DNA of 64,000 bases, from assembly GCA_025351165.1 (NCBI GenBank), contig JANXWK010000031.1:3198-67197 (forward strand). The letters run 5' to 3'. Origin of the DNA: Hyphomicrobiales bacterium. GTDB lineage: Bacteria; Pseudomonadota; Alphaproteobacteria; Rhizobiales; Beijerinckiaceae. Positions within the stretch are counted from its first letter, which is position 1; each line of letters starts with the position of its first letter. Shown piece by piece: positions 1 through 9,498 of this stretch. Below the pieces are notes generated by a model that ran no database searches, was not told the origin of the DNA, and worked only from the letters and a program-made list of their open reading frames with translations. The translations under genes and the position numbers were made by a program.

Positions 1-286
1 CATTTCCACAAGAAGGATGGTTACGTAGGTCTTTTACAAGATCTACGCCATCAAAATCTCCCAATATTCTGTCAACTGTAATAATAGAAAAGGTCTGGCT
101 TGAAACAAGTGTCAGAGCTTCTAGAGGGCCGCTGGCCTCAAAAACCTTGAACCCTAAAACCGTAAGAAGCGCTTGAATAATTCTACGCCCAGTTGGGCTA
201 TCATCTACAACCAAAGCATTCAGCTCTTGTACAACATTTTCCTGAGTAAGACTGGTTGAGTCTGTAGGTTGAGAGATTTCTGGCAC
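1..286 (-). CDS. response-regulator receiver (CheY-like) domain protein, N-terminal part; the gene runs off the window start
   Basis: Not in the ORF track because it is truncated at the edge. Manual reverse translation from GTG at 286 gives VPEISQPTDSTSLTQENVVQELNALVVDDSPTGRRIIQALLTVLGFKVFEASGPLEALTLVSSQTFSIITVDRILGDFDGVDLVKDLRNHP... The DD acidic pair and a later phospho-acceptor-like D fit the REC fold. An in-frame TGA lies just upstream of the GTG. Confidence 0.55.
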   Translation of the reverse strand, partial: MPEISQPTDSTSLTQENVVQELNALVVDDSPTGRRIIQALLTVLGFKVFEASGPLEALTLVSSQTFSIITVDRILGDFDGVDLVKDLRNHPSCGN

Positions 287-508
287 TAACGAAAGTCCTT
301 GTAATGGTACATCGTAAATTCAAATATGAAAATCAAGAAAAGAATCATGCAGGTTTAATGCACACCCAGACATTGTATACGCACAATTATAATTTCAGAC
401 TTTAACATCAGGCTAAGCTAATAAGTTTCGTATATACTAGGGTAATTTATCTGTTAGGCATTTTGATAGGATTATAACAACCCTAAAATTATGACAAGGA
501 AAGAATGA

Positions 509-1159
509 ATGAGTTCAATGCAAAGAATTTTACCAAAATCTGGAACCGCAAAACAGCTTATTGTATTTCTGCATGGGTATGGTGCCGATGGACGTGATCT
601 TATTGATATAGGACACAATTGGCAGACAAGATTGCCATATGCCGCCTTCATATCGCCTGATGCGCCAGAGCAATGCGGAATGTCTCCTGTAGGCCGTCAA
701 TGGTTTGAACTTAGCATGCGTAATCCAGATGAGCGCTGGAGAGGTGTAAACCATGCAGAGGCGAAATTACATACTGTACTGGACACTGAACTGGCAAATC
801 TAGATCTAACAGATGCTGATCTTGCTCTTGTTGGCTTTAGTCAAGGGACAATGATGGCACTTCATGTTGGTTTAAGACGCAAAAAAGCGCCTGCCTGTAT
901 TGTTGGATACTCTGGGGCACTTGTTATGCCAAAAAATAGAAGTTTCGATGACTTTACTTTGGTAAACCCAGCTGTTTTGCTTATTCATGGTGATCAGGAT
1001 GAAGTTATACCCATAAGTGCACTTCAAGATTCAGAAGAAGCTTTAAAATTGCTGGATATAGATTGCCAAACTCATGTTTCTAAAGGTATTGGTCACGGAA
1101 TCGACAATGTGGGTCTAGAGCTTGGCGTTCAATTTTTAGAAAAGCATTTTAATACCTGA
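509..1159 (+). CDS. alpha/beta hydrolase, phospholipase/carboxylesterase family
   Basis: 216-aa ORF. It has the nucleophile elbow GFSQG (VGFSQGTMMAL), a LIHGDQDEVIP acid motif and a C-terminal GHGI histidine motif, typical of the carboxylesterase/lysophospholipase family. Confidence 0.75.
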   Translation: MSSMQRILPKSGTAKQLIVFLHGYGADGRDLIDIGHNWQTRLPYAAFISPDAPEQCGMSPVGRQWFELSMRNPDERWRGVNHAEAKLHTVLDTELANLDLTDADLALVGFSQGTMMALHVGLRRKKAPACIVGYSGALVMPKNRSFDDFTLVNPAVLLIHGDQDEVIPISALQDSEEALKLLDIDCQTHVSKGIGHGIDNVGLELGVQFLEKHFNT

Positions 1160-1236
1160 CCATAAAATGCTTTAATGTATTAAAACAAATTATAAGGTGG
1201 AAGCAATTTTAAGCAGAATTGGTAACTCATTAACGT

Positions 1237-1266
1237 AAAAACACCCAGCTTCCGCTAGGTGTTTTT
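1237..1266. terminator. bidirectional rho-independent terminator between convergent genes
   Basis: aaaaacacc-cagcttccgcta-ggtgttttt: a 9-bp stem flanked by an A-tract and a T-tract, so it can act on both strands. It lies between the esterase gene (+) and carD (-). Confidence 0.5.
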
Positions 1267-1284
1267 GTAGGGCTAAATAAAAGA

Positions 1285-1878
1285 CTAAGCCGCCTGTACG
1301 TTTACTTCTATGTCGTCGTCATCAGTATCTATTTCAACTTGCTCGACTGAACCCTTGAGCGCACGTGGCGTTTTGGAAAGGAAGCTTTCTATTTTCTTGA
1401 GAGCTTCCGTTTCTGTAATATCATCCACAACTGCCAGCTCGTCAATCAACCGTGCGAGAGCCTGCTCGTAGAGCTGACGCTCAGAGTAGGACTGCTCGGG
1501 TTGAATATCGGACCTGTAAAGGTCGCGAACAACTTCAGAGACAGCAAGAATGTCACCAGAATTAATTTTGGCTTCATACTCTTGAGCTCTACGGCTCCAC
1601 ATTGTACGTTTTATGCGTGCACGACCTGTAAGAATATTCATGGCACGTGAAACCATATCAGGTTCAGACAGCTTGCGCATACCAACAGATGTCACTTTAG
1701 CAACGGGTACACGAAGTGTCATTTTCTCTTTTGGAAAGTTAATTACAAATAATTCCAGTTTAAAGCCAGCGATTTCCTGTTCCTCTATCGCTGTAATTTT
1801 GCCTACGCCATGTGCTGGATAAACCACAGATTCACCAGTTTTGAAGCCATGCTTCGTCCCCGTCTTCTTCGTGCTCAT
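1285..1878 (-). CDS. carD: CarD/CdnL-family RNA-polymerase-binding transcription regulator
   Basis: The ORF-track entry 1285..2031 is over-extended. The homologous protein starts at MSTKKTGTKHGFKTGESVVYPAHGVGKITAIEE (ATG at 1878). It has the CarD_CdnL_TRCF N-terminal motif and an acidic C-terminal tail. Confidence 0.85.
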   Translation of the reverse strand: MSTKKTGTKHGFKTGESVVYPAHGVGKITAIEEQEIAGFKLELFVINFPKEKMTLRVPVAKVTSVGMRKLSEPDMVSRAMNILTGRARIKRTMWSRRAQEYEAKINSGDILAVSEVVRDLYRSDIQPEQSYSERQLYEQALARLIDELAVVDDITETEALKKIESFLSKTPRALKGSVEQVEIDTDDDDIEVNVQAA

Positions 1879-2452
1879 TATAGTCCTCACAAAGCGCGCC
1901 ATATATTGGTTACAAAACCCAAACACGACGCAAGTGCTAAAAAATCTCCGACTATACTCTCCGCCATAGTCATTGATCAAATTATATGGCCTACGGATGA
2001 CATAGTAGAAGTCATCGTAAGAATAAACCATACGCTCAATTACAATCCAAAAAAAACCGATTTTCCTACTCTTTTAAAACAAAATGCCGCTATATACACT
2101 TTAAACTCAGAATTCCGAGCTCTCGTAATTAAACAAGAGCTGAATACACTTCTAGAAATATTCTAGGAGACCGTCTGATGCGTTGAGCCAAAACCTTTGC
2201 GTACACATTGCCTGTGGCGTTAGAAAGAACCTGATCTTGTGATCATTTCTAGTTAATAACACAAAAACGCGGTAAAATCAAAACAAAGCCGCATAATTAT
2301 TTATAAAAATTAACCAACATCGTTAACGCACCTGTTAATTCAGAAAAACTGCAAATATTGAGTTGCTAGATTAGTAAAACACGAAAATATAAACATATTC
2401 AGGGCAAAATATTTAGATATTGAATAAATAGCAGCAAAAAATACTTGTTTTT

Positions 2453-2791
2453 TTAATCGCCCTGTCCAGGATTAGGTGAAAAATGAGCTTCAAACTTCCC
2501 ATTTACACCATCAAATTCTTTCGCATCCAAAGGAGCCTCCCTGGCAATCGTGATATTTGGCCAGACTTTGGCATACTCGACATTGAGTTTTAGCCACGTA
2601 TCCAAACCTGATTCAGTATCTGCCTTTATAGCGTCAGCTGGGCACTCAGGTTCGCAAACACCACAGTCAATACACTCATCTGGATGAATAACGAGCATGT
2701 TTTCGCCCTCATAAAAACAATCTACCGGGCATACTTCAACACAATCCATGTATTTACATTTGATGCAGTTATCAGTGACCACATAGGTCAT
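2453..2791 (-). CDS. fdxA: 7Fe ferredoxin ([3Fe-4S][4Fe-4S], FdxA type)
   Basis: [29 protein letters not shown]...[12 protein letters not shown] carries the classic CxxCxxxxCxxxCP / CxxCxxCxxxCP cysteine motifs. The start is taken at the internal M (2791). Confidence 0.9.
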   Translation of the reverse strand: MTYVVTDNCIKCKYMDCVEVCPVDCFYEGENMLVIHPDECIDCGVCEPECPADAIKADTESGLDTWLKLNVEYAKVWPNITIAREAPLDAKEFDGVNGKFEAHFSPNPGQGD

Positions 2792-2911
2792 AAGCGTTTT
2801 CCTTGTACAAAAGAATATAGACTTTGTTTTCAATTAGCGGCTTGGGGCAGCAGGTGCAAGTGTAGTTGTAAAATTACGGTCACTAATTTCAATAATTAAA
2901 TGCGATTGAAT

Positions 2912-3193
2912 CTAAATGGTTTCATCTTTATAAAGTTCAGCCGCTTCGCTTGCAGGCCCTCGTCTAACCCCAGCAGCTTTAATCTTTAACACCATAACTT
3001 TGCGTTCAAGCGATATGGTGAGTACATCTCCAGGTTTGACCTGCTTGGCAGGCAAATCAGTCCTCATACCATTCACCCTTACATATCCTTCTTTAATAAG
3101 ACTGGCTGCTTTCTCACGACTCTTTAATATGCGTGCATAAAACAACCATTTGTCAAGGCGCTGTCGGTCTATAGAGAGTGTATCTGCATTCAT
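2912..3193 (-). CDS. S4-domain RNA-binding protein (Hsp15/HslR-like)
   Basis: 93 aa. QRLDKWLFYARILKSREKAASLIKEGYVRVNG is a typical S4 alpha-L motif. The carD-fdxA-S4-helicase order is conserved in Alphaproteobacteria. Confidence 0.75.
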   Translation of the reverse strand: MNADTLSIDRQRLDKWLFYARILKSREKAASLIKEGYVRVNGMRTDLPAKQVKPGDVLTISLERKVMVLKIKAAGVRRGPASEAAELYKDETI

Positions 3194-3403
3194 TGAGGGT
3201 AGTGTAATGCCAGTGTAATATAATCGTCTAGAAGCAGGTCACAAAAGTCATGTGGTATATTATCACATCTTGCTGCGGCCCAGATTGGCTGCTGATAAAG
3301 CAGACATGAACATCTAAGATTAATAACCTGCGTAATGCACGTCAGCGTTAATGTGCATGAGTTTTGTTTGCAGCCCAAAAAGATAAAATACTCATCGGAT
3401 ATT

Positions 3404-3871
3404 TTATTTTATTTCCAGTTGTGCCTTGAGCGCAGCTAATTTGGCAAAAGGGGAATTTGGATCCTCTTTCTTGTTTGAGTAATTTACAGATTGTGCGCTG
3501 GCATAAAGCGTATTGGATTGCCCCTTGTTATTTGGCCTTTCCTTGTTACCTGTACGGTCTGGTCGTACACCAGAACGAGGCTGTTGATCCCTGTTTTGTA
3601 ATTTATGTTTTGCAGGATCTGCTGATTTATATGATTTTGGCCCATCCGACTTTAATTTATCACCCGTTTCAGCCCCGCGCACCCATATTGGGCGTGAAGA
3701 AGGAACTGAAGCCACCAGTTCAGTTTTATGGACTGGTTTATTTACAGAATGGTTGGGGCTGAAACCAGCCTGCCCTCTCGTCCAAAGTATCTTGCTTTGG
3801 TGCAAAGCATCTGCTTTTGCCCGAGCCTTGCCCTTATATATCCGTGGTTCGCCAGACGCTGCCCGTGACAT
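3404..3871 (-). CDS. Lys/Arg-rich 155-aa ORF in the same reading frame as the upstream helicase (probable detached C-terminal tail)
   Basis: Start 3871 and helicase stop 3992-3994 are separated by exactly 120 nt (40 sense codons), all in one frame. The product is low-complexity and basic, ending in SPFAKLAALKAQLEIK. Confidence 0.4.
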   Translation of the reverse strand: MSRAASGEPRIYKGKARAKADALHQSKILWTRGQAGFSPNHSVNKPVHKTELVASVPSSRPIWVRGAETGDKLKSDGPKSYKSADPAKHKLQNRDQQPRSGVRPDRTGNKERPNNKGQSNTLYASAQSVNYSNKKEDPNSPFAKLAALKAQLEIK

Positions 3872-3991
3872 TTTCCAGACTACAACTTCAACTGTCTCGA
3901 TTGATTTTTCTGAATCAGCTGATTCGGCCTCTGGAGATGGCTCTTCAACGTTCGGGGTTTCTGGGATAGATGGAGGTGTCTCAGCATTAGA

Positions 3992-6646
3992 CTATTCACT
4001 GGTTTCTGTTTCAGCCAAAGCTGGCTCAGTCAAAGCTGGTTCTACTATAACATTTTCTGTGTCCAGGTTAATGTCATCAGCCGCGCTCACTTTAGCCAAG
4101 ACTGTAGTTTTAGCATCAGGCCTTGCCTCTGGTAAACATTTTGTAACAATCTTTATCTCACTGCGATATCCTAAAGATTTAAGCAGCTCGGCAAAATCAG
4201 ATCCAGAGCATCCAACCAGGGATGTCATATTGACTGTAACTGTAAACCCCTCCCCTTCGGCTGCCCCTGCTGGAGGCTCACCAGCAGTTAAACCAAGTTT
4301 GAAAGAAACCGCAGGGCGAATAAGGTCAGCCAAACGCTCCAGAATGTCTACACGTACAGCGCGGGGGCCACACACACGAAAACCCGCTGCCCTGTACAAA
4401 TCGTTAGGCAAAGTCTCATCTGCTGTAAAAGAAGTGCGTCCAGAAGACGACATATGTACAATATCATCCAGCCCCTTGGCTTCAATAGTGTCTTGCCTCA
4501 GCATCCAGAGCTGCGCACACAGCGCACGCGCGGCAGGTTTAAGCAGCAAGGGAATGTAGATATGATAGCTCCCAAACCGCATGCCAAGCTTGCGCAGATC
4601 GGCTCTGGTGGTTTGATCAAGTAATTTAACATCATTGGCAACGCTTGCACGCTCCATGACACCAAGGTTTTCAGCCAATTGATAAGCTAATCCTCGGCCA
4701 AGTCCCGTTAAGCTTTCACCAGACTCAAGCTCAAACAATGACCCTAAAAGCTTTTTAATATGTACTTTTAGCCATAGGTCAAGCCGCGCTGTAACAAGGT
4801 CACGCAACGCACCAGCCAAATGCTCATCTGCAAGCAGCAAAGCTTTAGGCTCAAGAGTTTTCTCTCCTTGCTGAAGCTTTGCAACAGGTTCACCCTGCCA
4901 GCGGATTGTCCCATCAAGCGCAAGCGCAAAAGAGCTGTCCTCCGCAACAGAAAATTTTGTAGCACGGGTCTCGATTTCATTTACTAAAGACTTGGCCGCA
5001 GCTTCACGTAAGGTTTTTGCTTCGGGCGTATCAACACCCATACCCTGGGTATCTGCGGTAAAGCGGAAGCCAGAAAGCTTGCCCACCGTTTGTCCCTCAA
5101 CTACTACATCACCAGTCACAGTTACTTCAGAATCCAGCATCTTGTTTTCCCGTAAACGTCGCATCAGCACTGACGTGCGCCGATCAACAAAGCGTTGCGC
5201 TAGTTTTTCATGTAGCGCGTCTGATAAACCGTCTTCTACTCTACGCGTCACCTGCTGCCAATGCCATGGATCGCGAAGCCAGTCGATTCTGTTTGCACAG
5301 AATGTCCAGGTGCGTATCTGAGCCAGTCGTGCAGAGAGCGTATCAATTTCTCCTTCAGCTCTGTTGCACAATTCTACCTGCGCTGCAAACCAGTCGACAG
5401 GAATATACTCAACTTTCATCAAAAATTCAAAAATATTAAAGACAAGCTCTGCGTGATGATGGACGGCAACTTTTCTAAAGTCAGGTAATGCACATACATC
5501 CCACAATTTGCGCAGCGCTGCAGGGTTGGTTGCAAGCCCACTTATTTCAGGCCTTGAGGCTGCTATCTCAAGACAAAGTTCATCATCTGCCCTTGGCGCG
5601 CGGGCTACCCCCATCTCATTTGGCAATATGAGCAAACTGTCCTGTAAAGCTTTTAAAGATGAGAAATCAAGTTCCGGATTGCGCCAATACACAGTTTTAA
5701 CATCATCAAAATCATGGGATTCGAGCTGTTCAACTAAAGCCAGCTCAAAAGGTGGGCAGCGCGCAGTTGTTCCAAATGTCCCGTCCTTAAGATGCCGCCC
5801 TGCCCTGCCAGCAATCTGTGCAAGTTCAGGTGGGCGCAACATGCGGTGATTGTAGCCATCATATTTTCGATCTGCCGCAAAAGCTGCATGATCAATTTCA
5901 AGATTTAGCCCCATACCAATGGCATCTGTTGCCACAATATGATCAACATCTCCACTTTGAAACAATTCCACCTGGGCATTGCGTGTCCGAGGACTAAGTG
6001 CGCCCATAACGACAGCTGCCCCGCCGCGTTGACGGCGTATAAGTTCAGCAATTGCGTAAACTTCCTCAGCCGAAAATGCCACAATTGCAGAGCGTGGCGG
6101 CAGGCGCGTAATTTTACGCTCTCCTGCAAATGTTAATTTTGACAGTCTGGGGCGCGAAATCATGGTTGCCCCAGGCACAAGGCGTGAAATCATGGTTCTC
6201 ATTGTACCAGAACCAATCAGCAATGTTTCCTCAGTGCCACGCAGGTTCAGCAATGCGTTGGTAAACACATGACCACGTTCAGTATCACCTGCAAGTTGGA
6301 TTTCATCTACTGCCATGAAAGCCACATCCATATCGCGTGGCATTGATTCAACGGTACAGATAAAATACTTGGCATTTTTTGGCTTTATTTTTTCTTCACC
6401 TGTAAGCAATGCCACGTTATGCCTGCCAACCTTGTCAACAACTTTCGTGTAAACTTCCCGCGCAAGAAGTCTCAACGGAAGCCCAATCATTCCACTTTTA
6501 TGACCGAGCATTCGCTCTATTGCAAAATAGGTTTTACCCGTATTGGTTGGCCCAAGGATGGCTGTTACACCACGGGAGCGAAGTATAGGAAGGCGTGAAC
6601 CACTGAGCATGAAGCATTCTTTTGCACATGCCCCGTTATGAAACAA
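3992..6646 (-). CDS. superfamily-2 ATP-dependent helicase (SUV3/MgpS-like)
   Basis: 884 aa. It has Walker A GPTNTGKT, DEIQ (the DExH-type motif II) and the helicase C-terminal motif QIAGRAGR. The true start may be the internal M at 6610. Confidence 0.85.
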   Translation of the reverse strand: MFHNGACAKECFMLSGSRLPILRSRGVTAILGPTNTGKTYFAIERMLGHKSGMIGLPLRLLAREVYTKVVDKVGRHNVALLTGEEKIKPKNAKYFICTVESMPRDMDVAFMAVDEIQLAGDTERGHVFTNALLNLRGTEETLLIGSGTMRTMISRLVPGATMISRPRLSKLTFAGERKITRLPPRSAIVAFSAEEVYAIAELIRRQRGGAAVVMGALSPRTRNAQVELFQSGDVDHIVATDAIGMGLNLEIDHAAFAADRKYDGYNHRMLRPPELAQIAGRAGRHLKDGTFGTTARCPPFELALVEQLESHDFDDVKTVYWRNPELDFSSLKALQDSLLILPNEMGVARAPRADDELCLEIAASRPEISGLATNPAALRKLWDVCALPDFRKVAVHHHAELVFNIFEFLMKVEYIPVDWFAAQVELCNRAEGEIDTLSARLAQIRTWTFCANRIDWLRDPWHWQQVTRRVEDGLSDALHEKLAQRFVDRRTSVLMRRLRENKMLDSEVTVTGDVVVEGQTVGKLSGFRFTADTQGMGVDTPEAKTLREAAAKSLVNEIETRATKFSVAEDSSFALALDGTIRWQGEPVAKLQQGEKTLEPKALLLADEHLAGALRDLVTARLDLWLKVHIKKLLGSLFELESGESLTGLGRGLAYQLAENLGVMERASVANDVKLLDQTTRADLRKLGMRFGSYHIYIPLLLKPAARALCAQLWMLRQDTIEAKGLDDIVHMSSSGRTSFTADETLPNDLYRAAGFRVCGPRAVRVDILERLADLIRPAVSFKLGLTAGEPPAGAAEGEGFTVTVNMTSLVGCSGSDFAELLKSLGYRSEIKIVTKCLPEARPDAKTTVLAKVSAADDINLDTENVIVEPALTEPALAETETSE

Positions 6647-7310
6647 GATATTTGCATAAAATCAACACTATTTAAGACTTCGAACACGGCCTGAACAGGC
6701 ATAGAACGAATCAAACTTATTGATTCCAACCTTGAAAAAATAAGACGTGTCCAGCCGCCTGCTAAATATAAAATTAAAGAGCCAGCCTTGGTATTGAATT
6801 TGGAATTTATCTTGAGTTTTTAAGTTCAAGATTATTAAATAGAGTTAAAATTAAAAGGTGTATCTTAAAAAAGCTTAAAGCCTGAAGCGACCTGCCTGAT
6901 TAGTAACATTAACACTTGAACATAAACACGAACATATCATGCGCGAATCAAGATAACACTGATTCGTTGCGCTCTTTTCAAGGATAAACTCAAGTATTAA
7001 TCAAAAGCCTTGAAGCTGTTTACCTTCTGGAAAAAATGACTGTGTAAAAATATATTAGGTTTTAGTCCATTTTTGGCACATGTAGATACACCATAAGCCC
7101 TCTCTACCATTCATCCCAAGCAGCTGTCATATTAACACGCAGCATATGGCTCCGCGCAAAAAATATCTTGGAAAATTCCAGAGTTTGAACATTTTAGACA
7201 AATTTACAGGAACAATTTGCCCCAGAATTGATTTTACCAATGTGTTCTAAAATGAACCAGCAGGTTTTTTGATGGACTAACTATAATGTTTTTGCACGAT
7301 GGAGGAATAC

Positions 7311-7616
7311 ATGCGTAAATTATTTTTAGCTGCACTGATTGCAACTGCTTCAATGGGTGCTTCACATGCACAAATGAAGACTACAGTTCCCTCATCAGCT
7401 CCCTCGTCTTCAGACATGACATCTGCTGAAGGTCTTAAATCAGGGGCAAATAGTTTCACAGAAGCTCAGGCCAAAGATAGAATAGCTAAAGCTGGTTTTA
7501 CATCCGTTGATAGTCTTACAAAAAATGCTGATGGCATGTGGACTGGTAAGGCAACACGTAACGGTAAGGAAGTGGTTGTTACTCTTGATTTCAAGGGTAA
7601 TATTTCACAACAGTAA
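7311..7616 (+). CDS. small secreted PepSY-like protein
   Basis: Signal peptide MRKLFLAALIATASMGASHA. The C-terminal segment AQAKDRIAKAGFTSVDSLTKNADGMWTGKATRNGKEVVVTLDFKGNI resembles a PepSY fold. A GGAGG-like RBS (atggaggaatac) lies upstream. Confidence 0.55.
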   Translation: MRKLFLAALIATASMGASHAQMKTTVPSSAPSSSDMTSAEGLKSGANSFTEAQAKDRIAKAGFTSVDSLTKNADGMWTGKATRNGKEVVVTLDFKGNISQQ

Positions 7617-7646
7617 ATTTTAAAAGTTTAACAACAGGAGATATTT

Positions 7647-8225
7647 ATGGAAAATGTTACACGAAGCTATACTTCATATCAAACTGCACTGGATGTTGTT
7701 CGCTCTTTAAAAGATGCAGGGTTTAAGGATGAAAATATCAGCATCGTATCCCGTTCAAGTGATGGAGGCACTGCACATACTGATGGTAGCCAAAATGATA
7801 TCTCAGACGATGCTGCAACAGGTGCAACATCGGGCGGAATTTTGGGGGCAGGCCTTGGTTTGTTAACTGGTTTGGGCATGATGGCAATTCCAGGTGTTGG
7901 TCCAGTCGTCGCAGCTGGCTGGCTGGCATCCACCGCTACAGGCGCGGTAGCGGGGGCGGCAGCTGGTGGCTTAACGGGTGGCCTGGTTGGAGCACTTATG
8001 GAAAAAGGCATATCAGAGGATGAGTCTCATGTTTATGCGGAAAATGTCAAACGAGGTGGTTCGATAGTATCCGTATCAGCAGATAATACTTTAGTTGATA
8101 GGGCTGAAGAAATTATGGATGGCTTTAATCCAATTAACAGTTCAGCTTCTGGCGCCGAGTACAGGCGTGATGGATGGAGCAAGTTTGACAGCTCAACCAG
8201 CCATAACAATACAACCATTGGCTAG
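7647..8225 (+). CDS. general-stress-type membrane protein (YflT-like N-domain plus glycine-zipper segment)
   Basis: The N-terminus YTSYQTALDVVRSLKDAGFKDENISIVSR resembles the general stress protein 17M/YflT domain. The central part is a Gly/Ala-rich glycine zipper (GGILGAGLGLLTGLGMMAIPGVGPVVAAGW...). RBS aggaga lies upstream. Confidence 0.6.
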   Translation: MENVTRSYTSYQTALDVVRSLKDAGFKDENISIVSRSSDGGTAHTDGSQNDISDDAATGATSGGILGAGLGLLTGLGMMAIPGVGPVVAAGWLASTATGAVAGAAAGGLTGGLVGALMEKGISEDESHVYAENVKRGGSIVSVSADNTLVDRAEEIMDGFNPINSSASGAEYRRDGWSKFDSSTSHNNTTIG

Positions 8226-8252
8226 TGTCGTTTTTGCATATTATACTAAAAA

Positions 8253-8285
8253 AGTCTGGCAATCTTGAGTGATTGTCAGACTTTT
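8253..8285 (+). terminator. rho-independent terminator after the stress-protein gene
   Basis: agtctggcaat-cttgagtg-attgtcagact is an 11-bp stem with one G:U pair, followed by ttt. It overlaps the TTG start assumed by the ORF track for 8265..8606, which argues for the ATG at 8286 as the real start. Confidence 0.5.
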
Positions 8286-8860
8286 ATGTTGGAGCACCTG
8301 CAGATGAAAAACAACCATGATGTCTCACGACACATTATAAATGCCGCGGAAACAACTGCAGGGATGCAGTTTGACCATCTCCATAAATTAAGCCCCCTGC
8401 AGAACAAAATTGCTAGAATGACAGCTCTTTTTGGCAGACCTGTTTTTACACCCATTCTTACTGCCTTGATTGTTTTATGGATGACTTTTAATTACATTTT
8501 ACCATTTTATAATTACAGAGCACCTGACCCTCCACCTTTTCACATTTTGTCATTTTGTCATTTTGTGCGACATTATTTGCCTTGTACACGTCGCTTATTA
8601 TTTTGACTACGCAGCATAAAGATGAAGAACTTTCATGGCAAAGGGAGGAATTTTTGCTTCAGCTTGCAATTCTGAATGAACAGAAAATGTCTAAACTTAT
8701 TCAGTTGGTCGATGAGTTGAGGAAAAACCAGATGGAGGGAGACGGAACAGTTGATAGGGAAGCAGATGCCATGTCCTCATCTGAAGATCTAAAACATATA
8801 CAAGATTCAGTTATGAAGAATCGTGAGCGAATTGTTAAAGCTGAAAATACAAAAATCTAA
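8286..8860 (+). pseudogene. DUF1003-family membrane protein, reading frame broken by an 8-bp tandem duplication
   Basis: Two consecutive ORFs in different frames (8265..8606 and 8555..8860) together resemble DUF1003: two TM segments, then QHKDEELSWQREEFLLQLAILNEQKMSKLIQLVDEL. The frame switch lies exactly at (cattttgt)x3. Removing one unit gives the continuous reading ...PPFHILSFCATLFALYTSLIILTTQHKD... Confidence 0.65.
8543..8566. repeat. perfect 8-bp x3 tandem repeat (cattttgt)
   Basis: Read directly: cattttgt at 8543-8550, 8551-8558 and 8559-8566. Confidence 0.95.
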
Positions 8861-9498
8861 TTTGAAATTTCTGATATTGCCATTGATCCTTTAATGGCTT
8901 CTGCAAAACCATTTCCACTAAAATTCGTTGTAACAGGAATATGGGATTTGGAATCTGGCATTATTTTGGTGTGTTTTGAAGAATCCATGATCCAGAAATG
9001 AATATTGAAAAGCGATTTTTTATTGAGCGCGTCTATATGTGAAGGTTTTAGCCCAAAAACTGTAAGGCATCCTTGAGCATCGCAATAAGGAACAACAAGC
9101 TTTATAATCTCAGGCTTTTGGGTATTTTTTTCAGGATGCCTGATGATATGAATCTCAACATTTTTTTCAAATACCGTTCCAAAGGGAAGTCTCAGCATAG
9201 CTGCTGGCTTTCCTTCATCACTTGTAGAGACTGTCAAATGCGCTACGCGGCGCCCGGAAGCATCAGTACCAAATGTGGAAAGGCTACAAAAACGCCTTTT
9301 TTGTCTTATAATTTCGTCACAGACCATATCCCAGTTTTGAAAACTTTGATTAAACCGTTTTATTTCACCATCTCTGTATAAATTTTTATCTAATGCTTCT
9401 GTAGCAAAGGGCTGCGCAACCACTTGCGCACAGTCCAAAATACTTTGACAGCTTAAAAATGCTGCAAATATTGCAAGTTTAAATCTATGATTTTTCAT
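8857..9498 (-). CDS. invasion-associated locus B (IalB) family secreted protein
   Basis: 213 aa with a signal peptide (MKNHRFKLAIFAAFLSCQSILDCAQVVA). The W..VCD......FCSL pattern and beta-rich sequence fit the IalB family. Its start overlaps the stop of the upstream gene (9495-9498). Confidence 0.55.
   Translation of the reverse strand: MKNHRFKLAIFAAFLSCQSILDCAQVVAQPFATEALDKNLYRDGEIKRFNQSFQNWDMVCDEIIRQKRRFCSLSTFGTDASGRRVAHLTVSTSDEGKPAAMLRLPFGTVFEKNVEIHIIRHPEKNTQKPEIIKLVVPYCDAQGCLTVFGLKPSHIDALNKKSLFNIHFWIMDSSKHTKIMPDSKSHIPVTTNFSGNGFAEAIKGSMAISEISN

Noticed and set aside
1879-2031. The N-terminal extension of the carD ORF (MVYSYDDFYYVIRR...) given by the ORF track.
   Set aside because: CarD/CdnL proteins begin near the MSTKK...FKTGE motif. 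The extension is not family-like and lies in AT-rich upstream DNA.
3190-3378. A 62-aa minus-strand ORF between the basic-tail ORF and the S4 gene.
   Set aside because: It is Cys-rich with odd composition, has no RBS, and overlaps the S4 gene start region. It is probably non-coding.
3753-4559. A 268-aa plus-strand ORF spanning the helicase 3' end and the basic-tail ORF.
   Set aside because: It is antisense to a clearly homologous helicase and has Ser/Ala-rich low-complexity content with no recognisable motifs. It is a shadow ORF.
7209-7240. GGAAC at 7209 as the -35 element of an EcfG-type general-stress promoter upstream of the PepSY and stress-protein genes.
   Set aside because: The expected CGTT -10 element at a 16-17 nt spacing is absent (the sequence reads gatt). 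A single pentamer match is not evidence.
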